Of a stretch of 32,000 nt of DNA, positions 8,387 to 18,376 are shown in pieces; the stretch's first letter is position 1, and every line of letters starts with the position of its first letter. The DNA lies in contig NJBF01000031.1 of NCBI GenBank assembly GCA_003144275.1, forward strand, positions 1 through 32,000. Reading direction: 5' to 3'. Position numbers and translations under genes: made by a program. The notes below the pieces were generated by a model, which did no database searches, was not told the DNA's origin, and was given only the letters and a program-made list of their open reading frames with translations. This stretch comes from Candidatus Heimdallarchaeota archaeon B3_Heim. Lineage in GTDB: Archaea > Asgardarchaeota > Heimdallarchaeia > Hodarchaeales > Hodarchaeaceae.

Positions 8387-9949
8387 GTGGTCGCCCCTTT
8401 TATTGGTTTTGCAGGATTAACGGTTGCAGCGTTAATTAAAGCGGTTGTAGCGGAGTATACAGCTAATATTTCCCGTAAAAAAATAGCTCAGTCGTATTTG
8501 GTGGAGAGAGTAGATTCAAAATTAGAAACAAAGTTTGGAAAAGACTTTTTAAAGAATAAATTGACTCCTGATAGAATTAAAAACGTACGCGAGGTAATTC
8601 ATGAAGAATTAGGTGCATACTCTTCACGTCGTGACCTTGATCAGCTTATTACTAATTCTCTTTCACAATTAACAAACGAGCATCAACAAATATTAGATAA
8701 ACTTGAACGCGTAGAATCTTTACTTGAAAAAATATCCATTCCTTTATCTTACAGTATTGCGAAAGAAACAAATGAAGAAGTTCCTCAAGAATTGTTACAA
8801 GGATTACTAGAAGGAAGTATGCAAGGAAAACAGAAATCAGAAAAAGTACTTAATGAATTGGTTAAGGAATATAGAGTTCCTGAAGAGACACTCTCCTATA
8901 TTGATAATTACTCGTTTGTGAAACAAATCACTTCTGAGGGAGAGAAAGAGATGAAACGGATCGTAGAGAAGTTTTCAACCTCTCCACAAGAAATAAACAA
9001 TCTTAGTACATTGATGGATATTTCTTCTTTAATTATTGGCCCGAAAGAACATCTGAATGATGTTGTGTCTGAATTTGTTTTTAGATTAATTGAACAGGGC
9101 CTAGATACATCATTAGTAGAAGATTCCATTGTTGGATTCACATTTCTAATTCATCGTCTTGGAAAACTCGAACATCTCACTGAGAGTGATCGTTTACTAT
9201 TGTCCTCTTTTTTGAAAAAGCGATTAACAGATATCGATAATCCTACTCGAATCCTAGAATCTTATTTCTTGTTAACCGAATTGGGGTATTCACCGGAAAT
9301 TGAGCCTCAATTTGTACTCGAAATAATGGATAGGCATTATAAACAAGGATTAAGCTCAACACGTGAAATGTCAAATCAATTGAAGCTCAGTGGTAGATTA
9401 GCACGCTTTCTAAGACGTTTGGGAACCAAGACATACAAACCTCAGGCTTCCATGCGTACATTACGATTATTAGTCAAAAGATTGGACAAAAGGAAGTTTG
9501 TACGTAATACCCAGCTACTAACTTACCAATTAGAACGACTTACTACTGAAATAAATTTATTAGTCGCATATTTTGAGAAGAAAGATCCAGCTGAAGAGGA
9601 CTTAAATGAACTCGTAGAAATTCTACAACTCCTTTTAGAAATATTGAATCGTCCAAATATTCTGAATCTTGATTTGAAGACTAAAAAACAGATCGTTGAA
9701 TGTATGGATTCAGCTTACTACTTGTATGATCTGTTAGCGGTTCGTAATTCATGGAATTTACTGAATAATTATCAATTAGATATTAAATCTTTATATACTC
9801 CCACCTTAGGAAGTTATAAACGAATATCAGCAGACGAAGTCGCTCTCACGAATTCTCTTGCAAATTATTCAAAACGGAGATTGGAATTAACTGAACGAGA
9901 GTTACCCAGTCCTCCAACTAAACGACAGAAGAAGAAAATAACTGAATAG
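8387..9949 (+). CDS. Hypothetical, largely alpha-helical protein, 520 aa
   Basis: Long ORF rich in L/E/K with a hydrophobic N-terminal segment and no recognised catalytic motif. The GTG start is uncertain. Confidence 0.7.
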   Translation: MVAPFIGFAGLTVAALIKAVVAEYTANISRKKIAQSYLVERVDSKLETKFGKDFLKNKLTPDRIKNVREVIHEELGAYSSRRDLDQLITNSLSQLTNEHQQILDKLERVESLLEKISIPLSYSIAKETNEEVPQELLQGLLEGSMQGKQKSEKVLNELVKEYRVPEETLSYIDNYSFVKQITSEGEKEMKRIVEKFSTSPQEINNLSTLMDISSLIIGPKEHLNDVVSEFVFRLIEQGLDTSLVEDSIVGFTFLIHRLGKLEHLTESDRLLLSSFLKKRLTDIDNPTRILESYFLLTELGYSPEIEPQFVLEIMDRHYKQGLSSTREMSNQLKLSGRLARFLRRLGTKTYKPQASMRTLRLLVKRLDKRKFVRNTQLLTYQLERLTTEINLLVAYFEKKDPAEEDLNELVEILQLLLEILNRPNILNLDLKTKKQIVECMDSAYYLYDLLAVRNSWNLLNNYQLDIKSLYTPTLGSYKRISADEVALTNSLANYSKRRLELTERELPSPPTKRQKKKITE

Positions 9950-10180
9950 TTTGAAAAGTTTGTGTGAATTGCTCCTTACAACACAGATAGAATACGAAAT
10001 TACCAAAGTTTATAAAAAATTAATAGACAATGGTTTAAATCGAAAAGAAAATAAAACATATATTAGCAAGTTCAATTAGAAATAAAATCGTTAATAACAC
10101 ATGAACCTACCCAAATATCCTGTAGAATAGTAGAAATGCCCTTGATAAAGGTAAGAGTTAATTAAGCAAGTGATTTCCCA

Positions 10181-11203
10181 ATGTTATTTGAAGGCGTGCT
10201 TTTGTCCGTCATGGCTGATACAGGTCCAATCACAGAGATAAATCTCTCGAAATTAGATGATACCAGCTCAATGAAACTTAGCATAAGTCTTATGACAGCA
10301 CTTGGCTTGGGAGAAAGTCAAAATCAGCTAAATCAGTTACATGGCCCTTTTCCTGTTCCCAGTCGGAAGGAGCTAGCAATTGCCTATCCTTTTACAGTAC
10401 AATCTTCAAATTCCACGGATCCAAGAATACAGGAATACGGTCGCTATTGTACCTTATTTTTACTTTTTCTTCTTGATACAAAAAGCAGGGTGCTAGCGAA
10501 TTATAATCTAATTGAAAGAATTCTGATTCGAGATATAACCGCTATTAGCTCTCAGGATAATCTAACCCTAGATTTAATCAAAACAATTTACAAAAACATA
10601 GAGAGTATAATATCCTCCGCTGAGGGAAAAAGTACTCCCGCAGCCATTAAACAATCAACAACAGATTTAGAGCGTATTCAAATTGATCATGAGCGTCATC
10701 AAGTACTTTCGAGTATTATTCGAGACGTGACACAGATCCAAGCGTCATTAACAGCATTATTGGATGAATCTATGGTATTTACGGATACGCCTATCTTGGA
10801 AGGCGCATTTTACATGCGACCAACCGTAAAACCAGAGGATTTTATCAAAATTCTTCCTCAAATTTCTCGTTACGAAAAAATTCTAGCTCGTTTAGATGGG
10901 GAAGAGAAAGAGACCATGAAGGAAATAGTCGAAGTATCAGTTCTCGTACGAATCGGAAATTTATTCTATTGGAAAGCGATAAAATCTCAACAGGTTCTGG
11001 AGTACGAAAAAGCAGTTGAATTTTATATACGAGCCAACCAATTAAAGGATGACTCGGTGTTGTACCTAACTATCGGCTCGATATATCGTAAATTAGGTAG
11101 AGATCAAGAAGCAAAGAATTGGGTTGAAGGCGGCTTTTCACGGATGAGGGAACGAAAAGAATCTATTCGAATTTCACGAAATATGCTCTTTGGCGATATT
11201 TAG
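10181..11203 (+). CDS. Longin/uDENN-like N-terminal domain with a C-terminal TPR-like region
   Basis: The N-terminus has a beta-strand then GP (GVLLSVMADTGP), followed by MTALGLG, GPFPVP, YPFTV and DPRIQEYGR. The C-terminus has TPR-like helices (GNLFY...EYEKAVEFYIRANQL; YLTIGSIYRKLGRDQEA). Confidence 0.55.
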   Translation: MLFEGVLLSVMADTGPITEINLSKLDDTSSMKLSISLMTALGLGESQNQLNQLHGPFPVPSRKELAIAYPFTVQSSNSTDPRIQEYGRYCTLFLLFLLDTKSRVLANYNLIERILIRDITAISSQDNLTLDLIKTIYKNIESIISSAEGKSTPAAIKQSTTDLERIQIDHERHQVLSSIIRDVTQIQASLTALLDESMVFTDTPILEGAFYMRPTVKPEDFIKILPQISRYEKILARLDGEEKETMKEIVEVSVLVRIGNLFYWKAIKSQQVLEYEKAVEFYIRANQLKDDSVLYLTIGSIYRKLGRDQEAKNWVEGGFSRMRERKESIRISRNMLFGDI

Positions 11204-11248
11204 AAAAAGAAGATTTCGTCCTATGGTGGACGAATTCTCAATGACGTT

Positions 11249-12499
11249 TTAACCTGACGGCCGACTTCGAACCTGTTTCTTTTCAGAAGCTTCTGAAGAC
11301 TTCCCTTCTTTAGGAAAACCTAATTCTTTTGCAACTTCAAGAAACGGGATAACCATCTGTGCAATAGATTTATATGCATCTTGTCCTTCCCCAAGTAAGA
11401 TCATTTTGTCTACAGCAATATTCTTGAAAATTTCGGGAAGCATTTCAATGGCTTTCATTTGAATATACTTATCGTCTGCTTGGCTTAATGCTTTTGCCTG
11501 TTCTAAGATACCTTGGGCATAAGCGATCTGTTTTTGACTAATTTTAGCAGCTTCACCTTCTGCTTCCGCTAATAGTTGATCTTTATAAGCTAAAGCCCTT
11601 TGGCGTATTCGTTCGACTTCAACTCCTACTTCCTGAGTAATTTTCATATATTTTTGTGCTTCTGATTCGATCTGTTTCTGTTTTCGATCAGTTTCAGCTG
11701 CAATTACCGCTCTTTGTTGTTCTAGCTGTACAATTTGTATCTCGCGATCTTTGGCTTTTCTTTCAATAGAGAGTTTTACCGACTGATCTTGTTCACCAGT
11801 ACGTTGGCGGACAGTTAAGTTTCTCAGCTGAACACTCTCTTCCATTTCTGCTTGCCTTAACTGCGCTGTTTGAGCTTCCTCTATCTTTTTTACAGCCTCA
11901 AGGTTATTTTTTAAGGTTTCATCTAAAACTTCAACATCTCGTATTTCTACTGATTCAACTGTTATTCCCCAATCACCTGCGAGATGATGTAATTCACTTG
12001 TAACATTCTTGATGATCTCTGCACGATTACGGATAATTTGTTCAATTTTCATATTTGCACAAGTTGTACGTATGATTGCTTCGGTTGCATTCTTAATTGC
12101 TTTTTCCACATAATCTGATCGTGCAGGATTCCAACTCACTTTTGAATAAGATACTTCTGGATTAGTAACACGCCAATAAACGAACGCAGTTAATGCGACA
12201 TCTTGATATTCGTAACTAACTACTTTTTCTCTTGCTTCTAGCAATGTTTGTTGTACTGTAGTGGGAATAACAATTACTTCATCAAATACTGGCCATAAGA
12301 CAACCGTTCCACCTGTACCCGCCCTCTTAATCTTTCCACGACGAAAATGAATTACATATTCATTCGTTTTATATTTGCGATAGCGGGATACGAAAAATAT
12401 TATAAATAAGAAGAAGATTACAAACGCTAAGACAATTACCAACCAGAGATTGTCTATTAATGCGTTTCCTGTAGTTTGTAAAAAAAGTAAGTTTATCAT
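11249..12499 (-). CDS. Flotillin-like SPFH/band-7 protein
   Basis: N-terminal TM helix, SPFH core (YWRV, IRTTCANMKIEQII, WGITVESVEIRDVEV) and an A/E/Q-rich coiled-coil tail. Confidence 0.85.
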   Translation of the reverse strand: MINLLFLQTTGNALIDNLWLVIVLAFVIFFLFIIFFVSRYRKYKTNEYVIHFRRGKIKRAGTGGTVVLWPVFDEVIVIPTTVQQTLLEAREKVVSYEYQDVALTAFVYWRVTNPEVSYSKVSWNPARSDYVEKAIKNATEAIIRTTCANMKIEQIIRNRAEIIKNVTSELHHLAGDWGITVESVEIRDVEVLDETLKNNLEAVKKIEEAQTAQLRQAEMEESVQLRNLTVRQRTGEQDQSVKLSIERKAKDREIQIVQLEQQRAVIAAETDRKQKQIESEAQKYMKITQEVGVEVERIRQRALAYKDQLLAEAEGEAAKISQKQIAYAQGILEQAKALSQADDKYIQMKAIEMLPEIFKNIAVDKMILLGEGQDAYKSIAQMVIPFLEVAKELGFPKEGKSSEASEKKQVRSRPSG

Positions 12500-12534
12500 T
12501 TTATTATTTCACCCAATTTCAAATTTGTTTTGTG

Positions 12535-13296
12535 TTATTCCCAAGTAATCGATCCCTCTGGAGTAGTTTTTTTTGTTTTTTCCGTTGAAGGCCATTCATC
12601 TATTAGTAGTGAATTTTCTTTCACTTTTACAACGTAAGCAATCATACCTTTAGCAATAGCTCCTGATTCTGTTTTTGCTGACATTTTAACAGGTCCATGA
12701 ATCGAACTAGTATGGATAAGTACCAATCCACCTTCAGTATCGACAGTTGTTAGAGTTTTTACTTCATCGTCAACTTTCATTGTTTGCAAAGGTGTTTCAT
12801 AAATTTCTGAGACTGCAATTCTAGCCCATACCTTGGAAATGAAGTAAGTTGTCCCAATAGGAACCAGAAATAACACAGCTAATAGAACAATTATGTTAAT
12901 AGTGTTATCGATCATAATAACCCCTGTCCCTCCGAAGGAAATCATAAAAGTTCCTAATAAGAGCATTAAAGGGGCAGGAGTATCGGCGTCAAAGCCATGA
13001 TCATGTAAATCTAAGTTCTTATCCATACCTAAATGAATATCCTTATCTATGCCAACTGTCAGATCCGAATCGATATCTACATCAACGTCAAGATCAACAC
13101 CCCCGAGATCATGGTCTATTCCTACACCATGGTCGAAATCATGGTCAATATCATGATCTAAATCAGTATCATGATCAAATAGCTGACTTCCTTGTAGAAT
13201 CAATGTTAAAAAGAAGATCAATAGTCCTGAAATTAAACTTCCGAAGCAGATTTGCTTTAAAATGAGGAGAAGTAAGGGGACATCAAATTCAGTCAT
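12535..13296 (-). CDS. NfeD-like (YqiJ/YuaF-type) flotillin partner with an Asp/His-rich linker and a C-terminal OB-like domain
   Basis: TM helix, DHD-repeat linker, two more TM helices and a beta-rich C-terminus. Directly upstream of the flotillin gene, which is the canonical arrangement. Confidence 0.75.
   Translation of the reverse strand: MTEFDVPLLLLILKQICFGSLISGLLIFFLTLILQGSQLFDHDTDLDHDIDHDFDHGVGIDHDLGGVDLDVDVDIDSDLTVGIDKDIHLGMDKNLDLHDHGFDADTPAPLMLLLGTFMISFGGTGVIMIDNTINIIVLLAVLFLVPIGTTYFISKVWARIAVSEIYETPLQTMKVDDEVKTLTTVDTEGGLVLIHTSSIHGPVKMSAKTESGAIAKGMIAYVVKVKENSLLIDEWPSTEKTKKTTPEGSITWE
13105..13176 (-). repeat. Low-complexity DHD(x) coding repeat within the NfeD-like gene
   Basis: Encodes DHDTDLDHDIDHDFDHGVGIDHDL; atcatg(g/a)tc-type units recur on the plus strand. 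Confidence 0.7.
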
Positions 13297-13540
13297 GATA
13301 CTCGAGTACCTCAGGTTTAGCCTGCCTTTTATAATTTTAGTACTCGGAACAACGGTTGAAATAAACTTAAGATTTCATCTCAGTATTTTTAAAGGTTAAT
13401 AGAAAGATAATAATTACTTCACTATACTTGTGTGTATGGCTAAAAGCGAAACATTCCTATGGCAAAATAGGGATATAATAAGTTAATACTGTCAAGAAGC
13501 CCTTTCAGGCCCCCATTCCTTGCTTCTACACAGTGATTAA

Positions 13541-15250
13541 GTGATTAGTATGTTTAACCGTATTCTTATCGCGAATCGTGGAGAGATCGCGAGTCGGATA
13601 ATAGCATGTGCGCAAGAGATGGGGATTGAAACAGTCGCAATTTATTCTGAAGTAGATGAAGAATCTGTTCATGTTCATGCAGCTGATTTTTCTTATCCAT
13701 TAGGGAATCCTGTTCCCGCTGAAAGTTACTTAAATATGGATAAAATTATCAAAATTGCATTAGAAAGCAAATCAGAAGCTATTCATCCAGGATATGGTTT
13801 TTTATCCGAAAATGCGGTATTTGCTCGAAAGGTGCAAGAAGCAGGATTAATTTGGATTGGTCCTAGTCCCAAGGCAATTCATGCAGTGGGAGATAAGATA
13901 CAAGCTAAAAAAAGTATGAAAGCGGCAAGTATTCCTGTTATTCCTGGCTATCATGGTGGATCGACGAATAAGAAATTTTTGAAACAAAAAGCGAGAGAAA
14001 TTGGGTATCCTGTACTTATTAAGGCGACAGCTGGTGGAGGAGGTCGTGGGATGCGGATTGTAAACTCTGAACATGAATTTACGGCTGCGTATGAAAGTGC
14101 TCGTCGTGAAGCTAAAAATGCTTTTGGAAATGGTGATGTTTTTCTTGAAAAATACTTCACACATATTCGACACATTGAATTTCAAATTCTTGGGGATCAT
14201 TTTGGTAATATCGTACATTTAAACGAAAGAGAATGTTCTATTCAGCGTCGCCATCAGAAAATTATAGAAGAAACTCCTTCTACAGCTTTAGATGAGGATT
14301 TAAGAAAAAAAATGGGAGATGTCGCTATTGCTGCAGCTAGAGCCGTTAATTATACAAATGCAGGATCGGTGGAGTTTGTTCTAGACGAAAAAGATAACTC
14401 GTTCTATTTTTTAGAGATTAATGCACGGTTGCAGGTAGAACATGCGATTACAGAAGCGGTTACAGGAATCGACCTAGTACGATGGCAACTGAAAATAGCC
14501 GCTGGACAAGAATTACAGTTAAAACAAGAAGAAATTGTTAGTCGTGGCCACTCATTTGAATTCAGAATTTATGCTGAAAATCCAGAAAAGCAATTTCTCC
14601 CATCTTCTGGCAAGATAAGGACAGTTCAAGTACCTGTGGGCGTTAATATTAGAAATGATTTAGGGATTTCTACAACTGGTGGAGAAATATCAACGTTCTA
14701 TGACCCCATGATTGCTAAGCTAATAGTACACGCCGAGACCCGAGAGGATGCGATTCAAAAAATGACATGGGCATTGAGAAATTATGCCGCTCTGGGAATC
14801 CCTACAAATATCACTTTTCTACGAGAGGTCTTAACTCACCCTGATTTCCTCTCTGGTAATACTCATACAGATTTTGTAACGGAACACTATCACAAATGGA
14901 AAAATGGGAAAAAAGAAACTCCATTTCAAGTGTTATTAGCAGCTGCTCTTTTTGAAGTGATGGAACCGTTTATGGGGAGTAATAGTAATGGTGAAACGCT
15001 TACCATATTAGATGGAATTGATCCCCATTCCCCTTGGCAAAAGATCGGAACTTGGGGACGTGAAAGTCTTGATGTGCTCACTGACCGTGTTTCAGACACT
15101 TTAGGAAAAGGAAAAGCGGTTATTAAAAAGATCATCCCAGTAAAAAGTGATAACATAAAATCTTCTTTTATTAGAGATTTAGATCCTCATTCCCCATGGA
15201 AAAAAATTGGCCCATGGGAACATGATAAAAAGAGCAGTCGAAAATTTTAA
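13541..15250 (+). CDS. accC: Biotin carboxylase subunit of an acyl-CoA (methylcrotonyl-CoA-type) carboxylase
   Basis: ILIANRGEIA, IHPGYGFLSENA, KATAGGGGRGMR, ERECSIQRRHQKIIEE, FLEINARLQVEH, FYDPMIAKLIV. No biotinyl domain in this ORF. The start may be the ATG at 13550. Confidence 0.92.
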   Translation: MISMFNRILIANRGEIASRIIACAQEMGIETVAIYSEVDEESVHVHAADFSYPLGNPVPAESYLNMDKIIKIALESKSEAIHPGYGFLSENAVFARKVQEAGLIWIGPSPKAIHAVGDKIQAKKSMKAASIPVIPGYHGGSTNKKFLKQKAREIGYPVLIKATAGGGGRGMRIVNSEHEFTAAYESARREAKNAFGNGDVFLEKYFTHIRHIEFQILGDHFGNIVHLNERECSIQRRHQKIIEETPSTALDEDLRKKMGDVAIAAARAVNYTNAGSVEFVLDEKDNSFYFLEINARLQVEHAITEAVTGIDLVRWQLKIAAGQELQLKQEEIVSRGHSFEFRIYAENPEKQFLPSSGKIRTVQVPVGVNIRNDLGISTTGGEISTFYDPMIAKLIVHAETREDAIQKMTWALRNYAALGIPTNITFLREVLTHPDFLSGNTHTDFVTEHYHKWKNGKKETPFQVLLAAALFEVMEPFMGSNSNGETLTILDGIDPHSPWQKIGTWGRESLDVLTDRVSDTLGKGKAVIKKIIPVKSDNIKSSFIRDLDPHSPWKKIGPWEHDKKSSRKF

Positions 15251-15269
15251 TCTCGTACAGTGACTCCTC

Positions 15270-15803
15270 ATGAGTGAAGTTTTCAATTTTGACGATGGAA
15301 ATCAACGATTTGAAGTCCGGCTTCGTCGTGACGACAATGATGGGTATTACGTAGTCATCAAAGATCATGAGGATAATGAGAAAGAAATAACTGTAACAGC
15401 AAAAGTTCTTGGTACAGGTCAATTTCAATTTACTCTTGAAAATATTATCTATAAATGCTCAGTTGCAAAGGATGGAGATTTGAGGTTTATACATCTTGAT
15501 GGAGCAGATTACGAAATTCGTCGTGTAGATGAACTCGAGGAGGAAGATTTTGAAGAAACTGTGGATGAGGGTAGCTTGTCTAGCCCGATGCCTGGACGAA
15601 TAGTCAAACTAATAGTAAAAGTTGGGGATGTAGTTAAGAAAAGTGAAGATTTACTGGTAGTGGAGGCAATGAAGATGGAAAATAAGCTAATTTCTCCATT
15701 TGAGGGAACTGTGACCGAAATTTTCTACTCAGAGGGGGATCAGGTTGAAGCAAACGTTCCTTTAATGGAGATTCAACAATCTGAAACATCTGAAGAGAGC
15801 TGA
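15270..15803 (+). CDS. accB: Biotin carboxyl carrier protein with a BT-like N-terminal beta domain
   Basis: SPMPGRIV and the biotinylation motif VEAMKMEN, then EGDQV. Confidence 0.9.
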   Translation: MSEVFNFDDGNQRFEVRLRRDDNDGYYVVIKDHEDNEKEITVTAKVLGTGQFQFTLENIIYKCSVAKDGDLRFIHLDGADYEIRRVDELEEEDFEETVDEGSLSSPMPGRIVKLIVKVGDVVKKSEDLLVVEAMKMENKLISPFEGTVTEIFYSEGDQVEANVPLMEIQQSETSEES

Positions 15804-15913
15804 ATATTCTCAAAGGACACTATTGGAGTGAGTACTTTTGTCCAAGAAATTCTTTAAGTAAATAGTATAGAACATTTATCCTCCCTAGAGATGTTTCTTT
15901 CGAGGTTAAAGTA

Positions 15914-17518
15914 ATGGCTATAATTAAATCTAAAGTAGATGTGAAATCGTCGGATTTTCAAGAAAATTATAATCATTTTCAAATAATTCTTGAAAATCAT
16001 CAAGAGATTCTTGAATCAGTAAGATCAGGTAACCCCAAAGCAATGGAAAAGCATCTTGGAAGAGGGAAAATTCCTGCACGTCAACGAATAAAACTAATCC
16101 TTGATCCTGATACTCCCTTTATGGAATTGAGTTCATTAGCTGCATACAACTTATATGATAATGCTGCTCCGTATGCAGGAATTGTAACTGGTATTGGTTT
16201 AGTCGCAGGGAGAGAAATTATGTTTATTGCTAATGATGCGACCATCAAAGGAGGTACCTATTTTCCAATGACTGTGAAGAAACATCTACGTGCCCAAGAA
16301 ATTGCAGAACAAAACAATCTTCCCTGTGTGTATTTAGTTGATTCTGGTGGGGCATTTCTACCTCTTCAAGCTGAAGTATTCCCCGATAAAGAGCACTTTG
16401 GAAGAATATTTTATAACCAAGCCCAGATGTCATCAAAAGCTATACCACAAATAAGTGTGGTTATGGGATCGTGTACAGCTGGGGGAGCATATGTTCCCGC
16501 AATGTCAGATGAAACAGTTATTGTGAAAGGAACAGGTACTATCTTTCTAGGTGGACCTCCACTTGTTAAAGCAGCTACAGGTGAAGAAGTTACTGCAGAA
16601 GACTTAGGTGGAGCTGATGTTCATTGTCGTACCTCTGGGGTTGCTGATCATTATGCAACTAATGATGAACATGCATTACGGATAACACGTAATATCATTG
16701 AACATCTCAATTTACCTCCGAAAACAACTCTTGATTTTAAGTCTCCAGAACCTCCATTATACGAAATAGACGAAATATATGGTATTCTACCCAAAGATGC
16801 CCGACAAGCTTACGATGTTCATGAGATCATTGCTCGATTAGTCGATGGATCTCGCTTTCACGAATTTAAAGCATTGTATGGATCTACCCTTATATGTGGA
16901 TTTGCTCGTATTATGGGATATCCCGTTGGGATACTAGCAAATAATGGTGTATTATTCTCAGAAAGTGCATTAAAGGGTACTCATTTCATTAATTTATGTA
17001 CGCAGCGGAACCTGCCTTTGATTTTCTTACAAAACATTACTGGATTTATAGTTGGGAGTGAAGCAGAATCTGGAGGAATTGCGAAAGACGGTGCTAAGCT
17101 TGTTATGGCGGTAAGCAATGCTCAAGTACCAAAATTTACGATCATAATTGGTGGATCCTACGGTGCAGGAAATTATGGTATGGCGGGTAGGGCATATTCA
17201 CCACGATTTTTATTCATGTGGCCAAACGCTAGGATCTCTGTCATGGGAGGAGAACAGGCAGCTAATGTATTAGCTACTGTTAAAGAAACCCAATTTGCTG
17301 CGCAAGGAAAAACTTTGTCTCCTGAACAACGGGAGGAAATTATAAAACCCATTCTTGCTAAATACGATAAGGAATCAAGTGCTTACTATAGTACAGGTCG
17401 TTTATGGGATGATGGTATAATCGACCCCGCAGACACCCGCATCATACTGGCATTATGTATATCGGCTACTTTGAATGCAGATAGTCCCGATACGAAATAT
17501 GGTGTCTTTCGTATGTAG
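15914..17518 (+). CDS. liuB: Methylcrotonoyl-CoA carboxylase carboxyltransferase (beta) subunit
   Basis: [86 protein letters not shown]. These match the MCC-beta type. Confidence 0.88.
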   Translation: MAIIKSKVDVKSSDFQENYNHFQIILENHQEILESVRSGNPKAMEKHLGRGKIPARQRIKLILDPDTPFMELSSLAAYNLYDNAAPYAGIVTGIGLVAGREIMFIANDATIKGGTYFPMTVKKHLRAQEIAEQNNLPCVYLVDSGGAFLPLQAEVFPDKEHFGRIFYNQAQMSSKAIPQISVVMGSCTAGGAYVPAMSDETVIVKGTGTIFLGGPPLVKAATGEEVTAEDLGGADVHCRTSGVADHYATNDEHALRITRNIIEHLNLPPKTTLDFKSPEPPLYEIDEIYGILPKDARQAYDVHEIIARLVDGSRFHEFKALYGSTLICGFARIMGYPVGILANNGVLFSESALKGTHFINLCTQRNLPLIFLQNITGFIVGSEAESGGIAKDGAKLVMAVSNAQVPKFTIIIGGSYGAGNYGMAGRAYSPRFLFMWPNARISVMGGEQAANVLATVKETQFAAQGKTLSPEQREEIIKPILAKYDKESSAYYSTGRLWDDGIIDPADTRIILALCISATLNADSPDTKYGVFRM

Positions 17519-17541
17519 TTCGAGGATTGGAAGGAATTCTG

Positions 17542-18354
17542 ATGACACAATATGAAACCATTATTTCAGAAGAGTTAGATCATGTCTGTATCATTACACT
17601 GAATCGTGCAAAAGTTCATAATGCATTCAATCCTCAAATGATCTCCGAACTTACTTCTGAATTCGCTAAACAAAACAATAACTCTACAATAAGGGCTATA
17701 ATTCTAACTGGAGATGGAAAATCCTTTTCTGCAGGCGCTGACCTAGTTTATATGGAGGCTAGCAAGGATTTCACATTGGAAGAAAATCAACAAGATGCAG
17801 TAAAGCTAGAGAAACTCTTTCACACAATTTACAATTTTTCCAAACCTGTTGTTGGTAGAATTAATGGTGCGGCCTTCGGCGGAGGTGTTGGACTCGTAGC
17901 ACTCTGTGATATAGCCGTTGCGATAGAACGAGCGGTCTTTGCGTTTCCCGAAGTAAATTTAGGTATAATGCCTGCTGTGATTAGTCCATATGTAATACCT
18001 AAAATTGGGTATTCACATGCTACAAGATATTTCTTAACTGGTGAGCGTATGGATGCATTAACTGCCATGAGGATTGGACTGATACATGAGGTTGCAGTGG
18101 ATCAGAATGAGTTGAATCAAAAAGTTATAGCCATTATTAGTCATCTTCTCACTAGTGGGCCATTAGCTATGTCTCAAATAAAGGAAATTCTTGATAAAAA
18201 TAAAACAGAAAGTTTTGAAAGTGTTAGACCTTATTTAATAGAGAAAATTGCTCAAATAAGGACCTCACCTGAAGGAAAAGAAGGTTTAAAGGCATTTTTA
18301 GAAAAACGAGCCCCTAAATGGAAAAAAGATGAATGGGAAGGACTTGAAACTTAA
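17542..18354 (+). CDS. liuC: Enoyl-CoA hydratase family, probable methylglutaconyl-CoA hydratase
   Basis: LNRAKVHNAF, FSAGADL, AFGGGVGLVALCD, FPEVNLGIMPAVI, EGLKAFLEKR. Follows MCC-beta. The ATG at 17542 is preferred over the TTG at 17527. Confidence 0.75.
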   Translation: MTQYETIISEELDHVCIITLNRAKVHNAFNPQMISELTSEFAKQNNNSTIRAIILTGDGKSFSAGADLVYMEASKDFTLEENQQDAVKLEKLFHTIYNFSKPVVGRINGAAFGGGVGLVALCDIAVAIERAVFAFPEVNLGIMPAVISPYVIPKIGYSHATRYFLTGERMDALTAMRIGLIHEVAVDQNELNQKVIAIISHLLTSGPLAMSQIKEILDKNKTESFESVRPYLIEKIAQIRTSPEGKEGLKAFLEKRAPKWKKDEWEGLET

Positions 18355-18376
18355 AAATCTCGTAGAACTAAATTAG

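Noticed and set aside
13105-13176. Short tandem DNA repeats as a possible CRISPR or VNTR array
   Set aside because: They are degenerate in-frame codon repeats for DHD, with no spacers and no cas genes.
15250-15270. Programmed frameshift or readthrough joining BC and BCCP
   Set aside because: The ORFs are separated by a TAA and 19 nt, the second has its own ATG, and no slippery site is evident.
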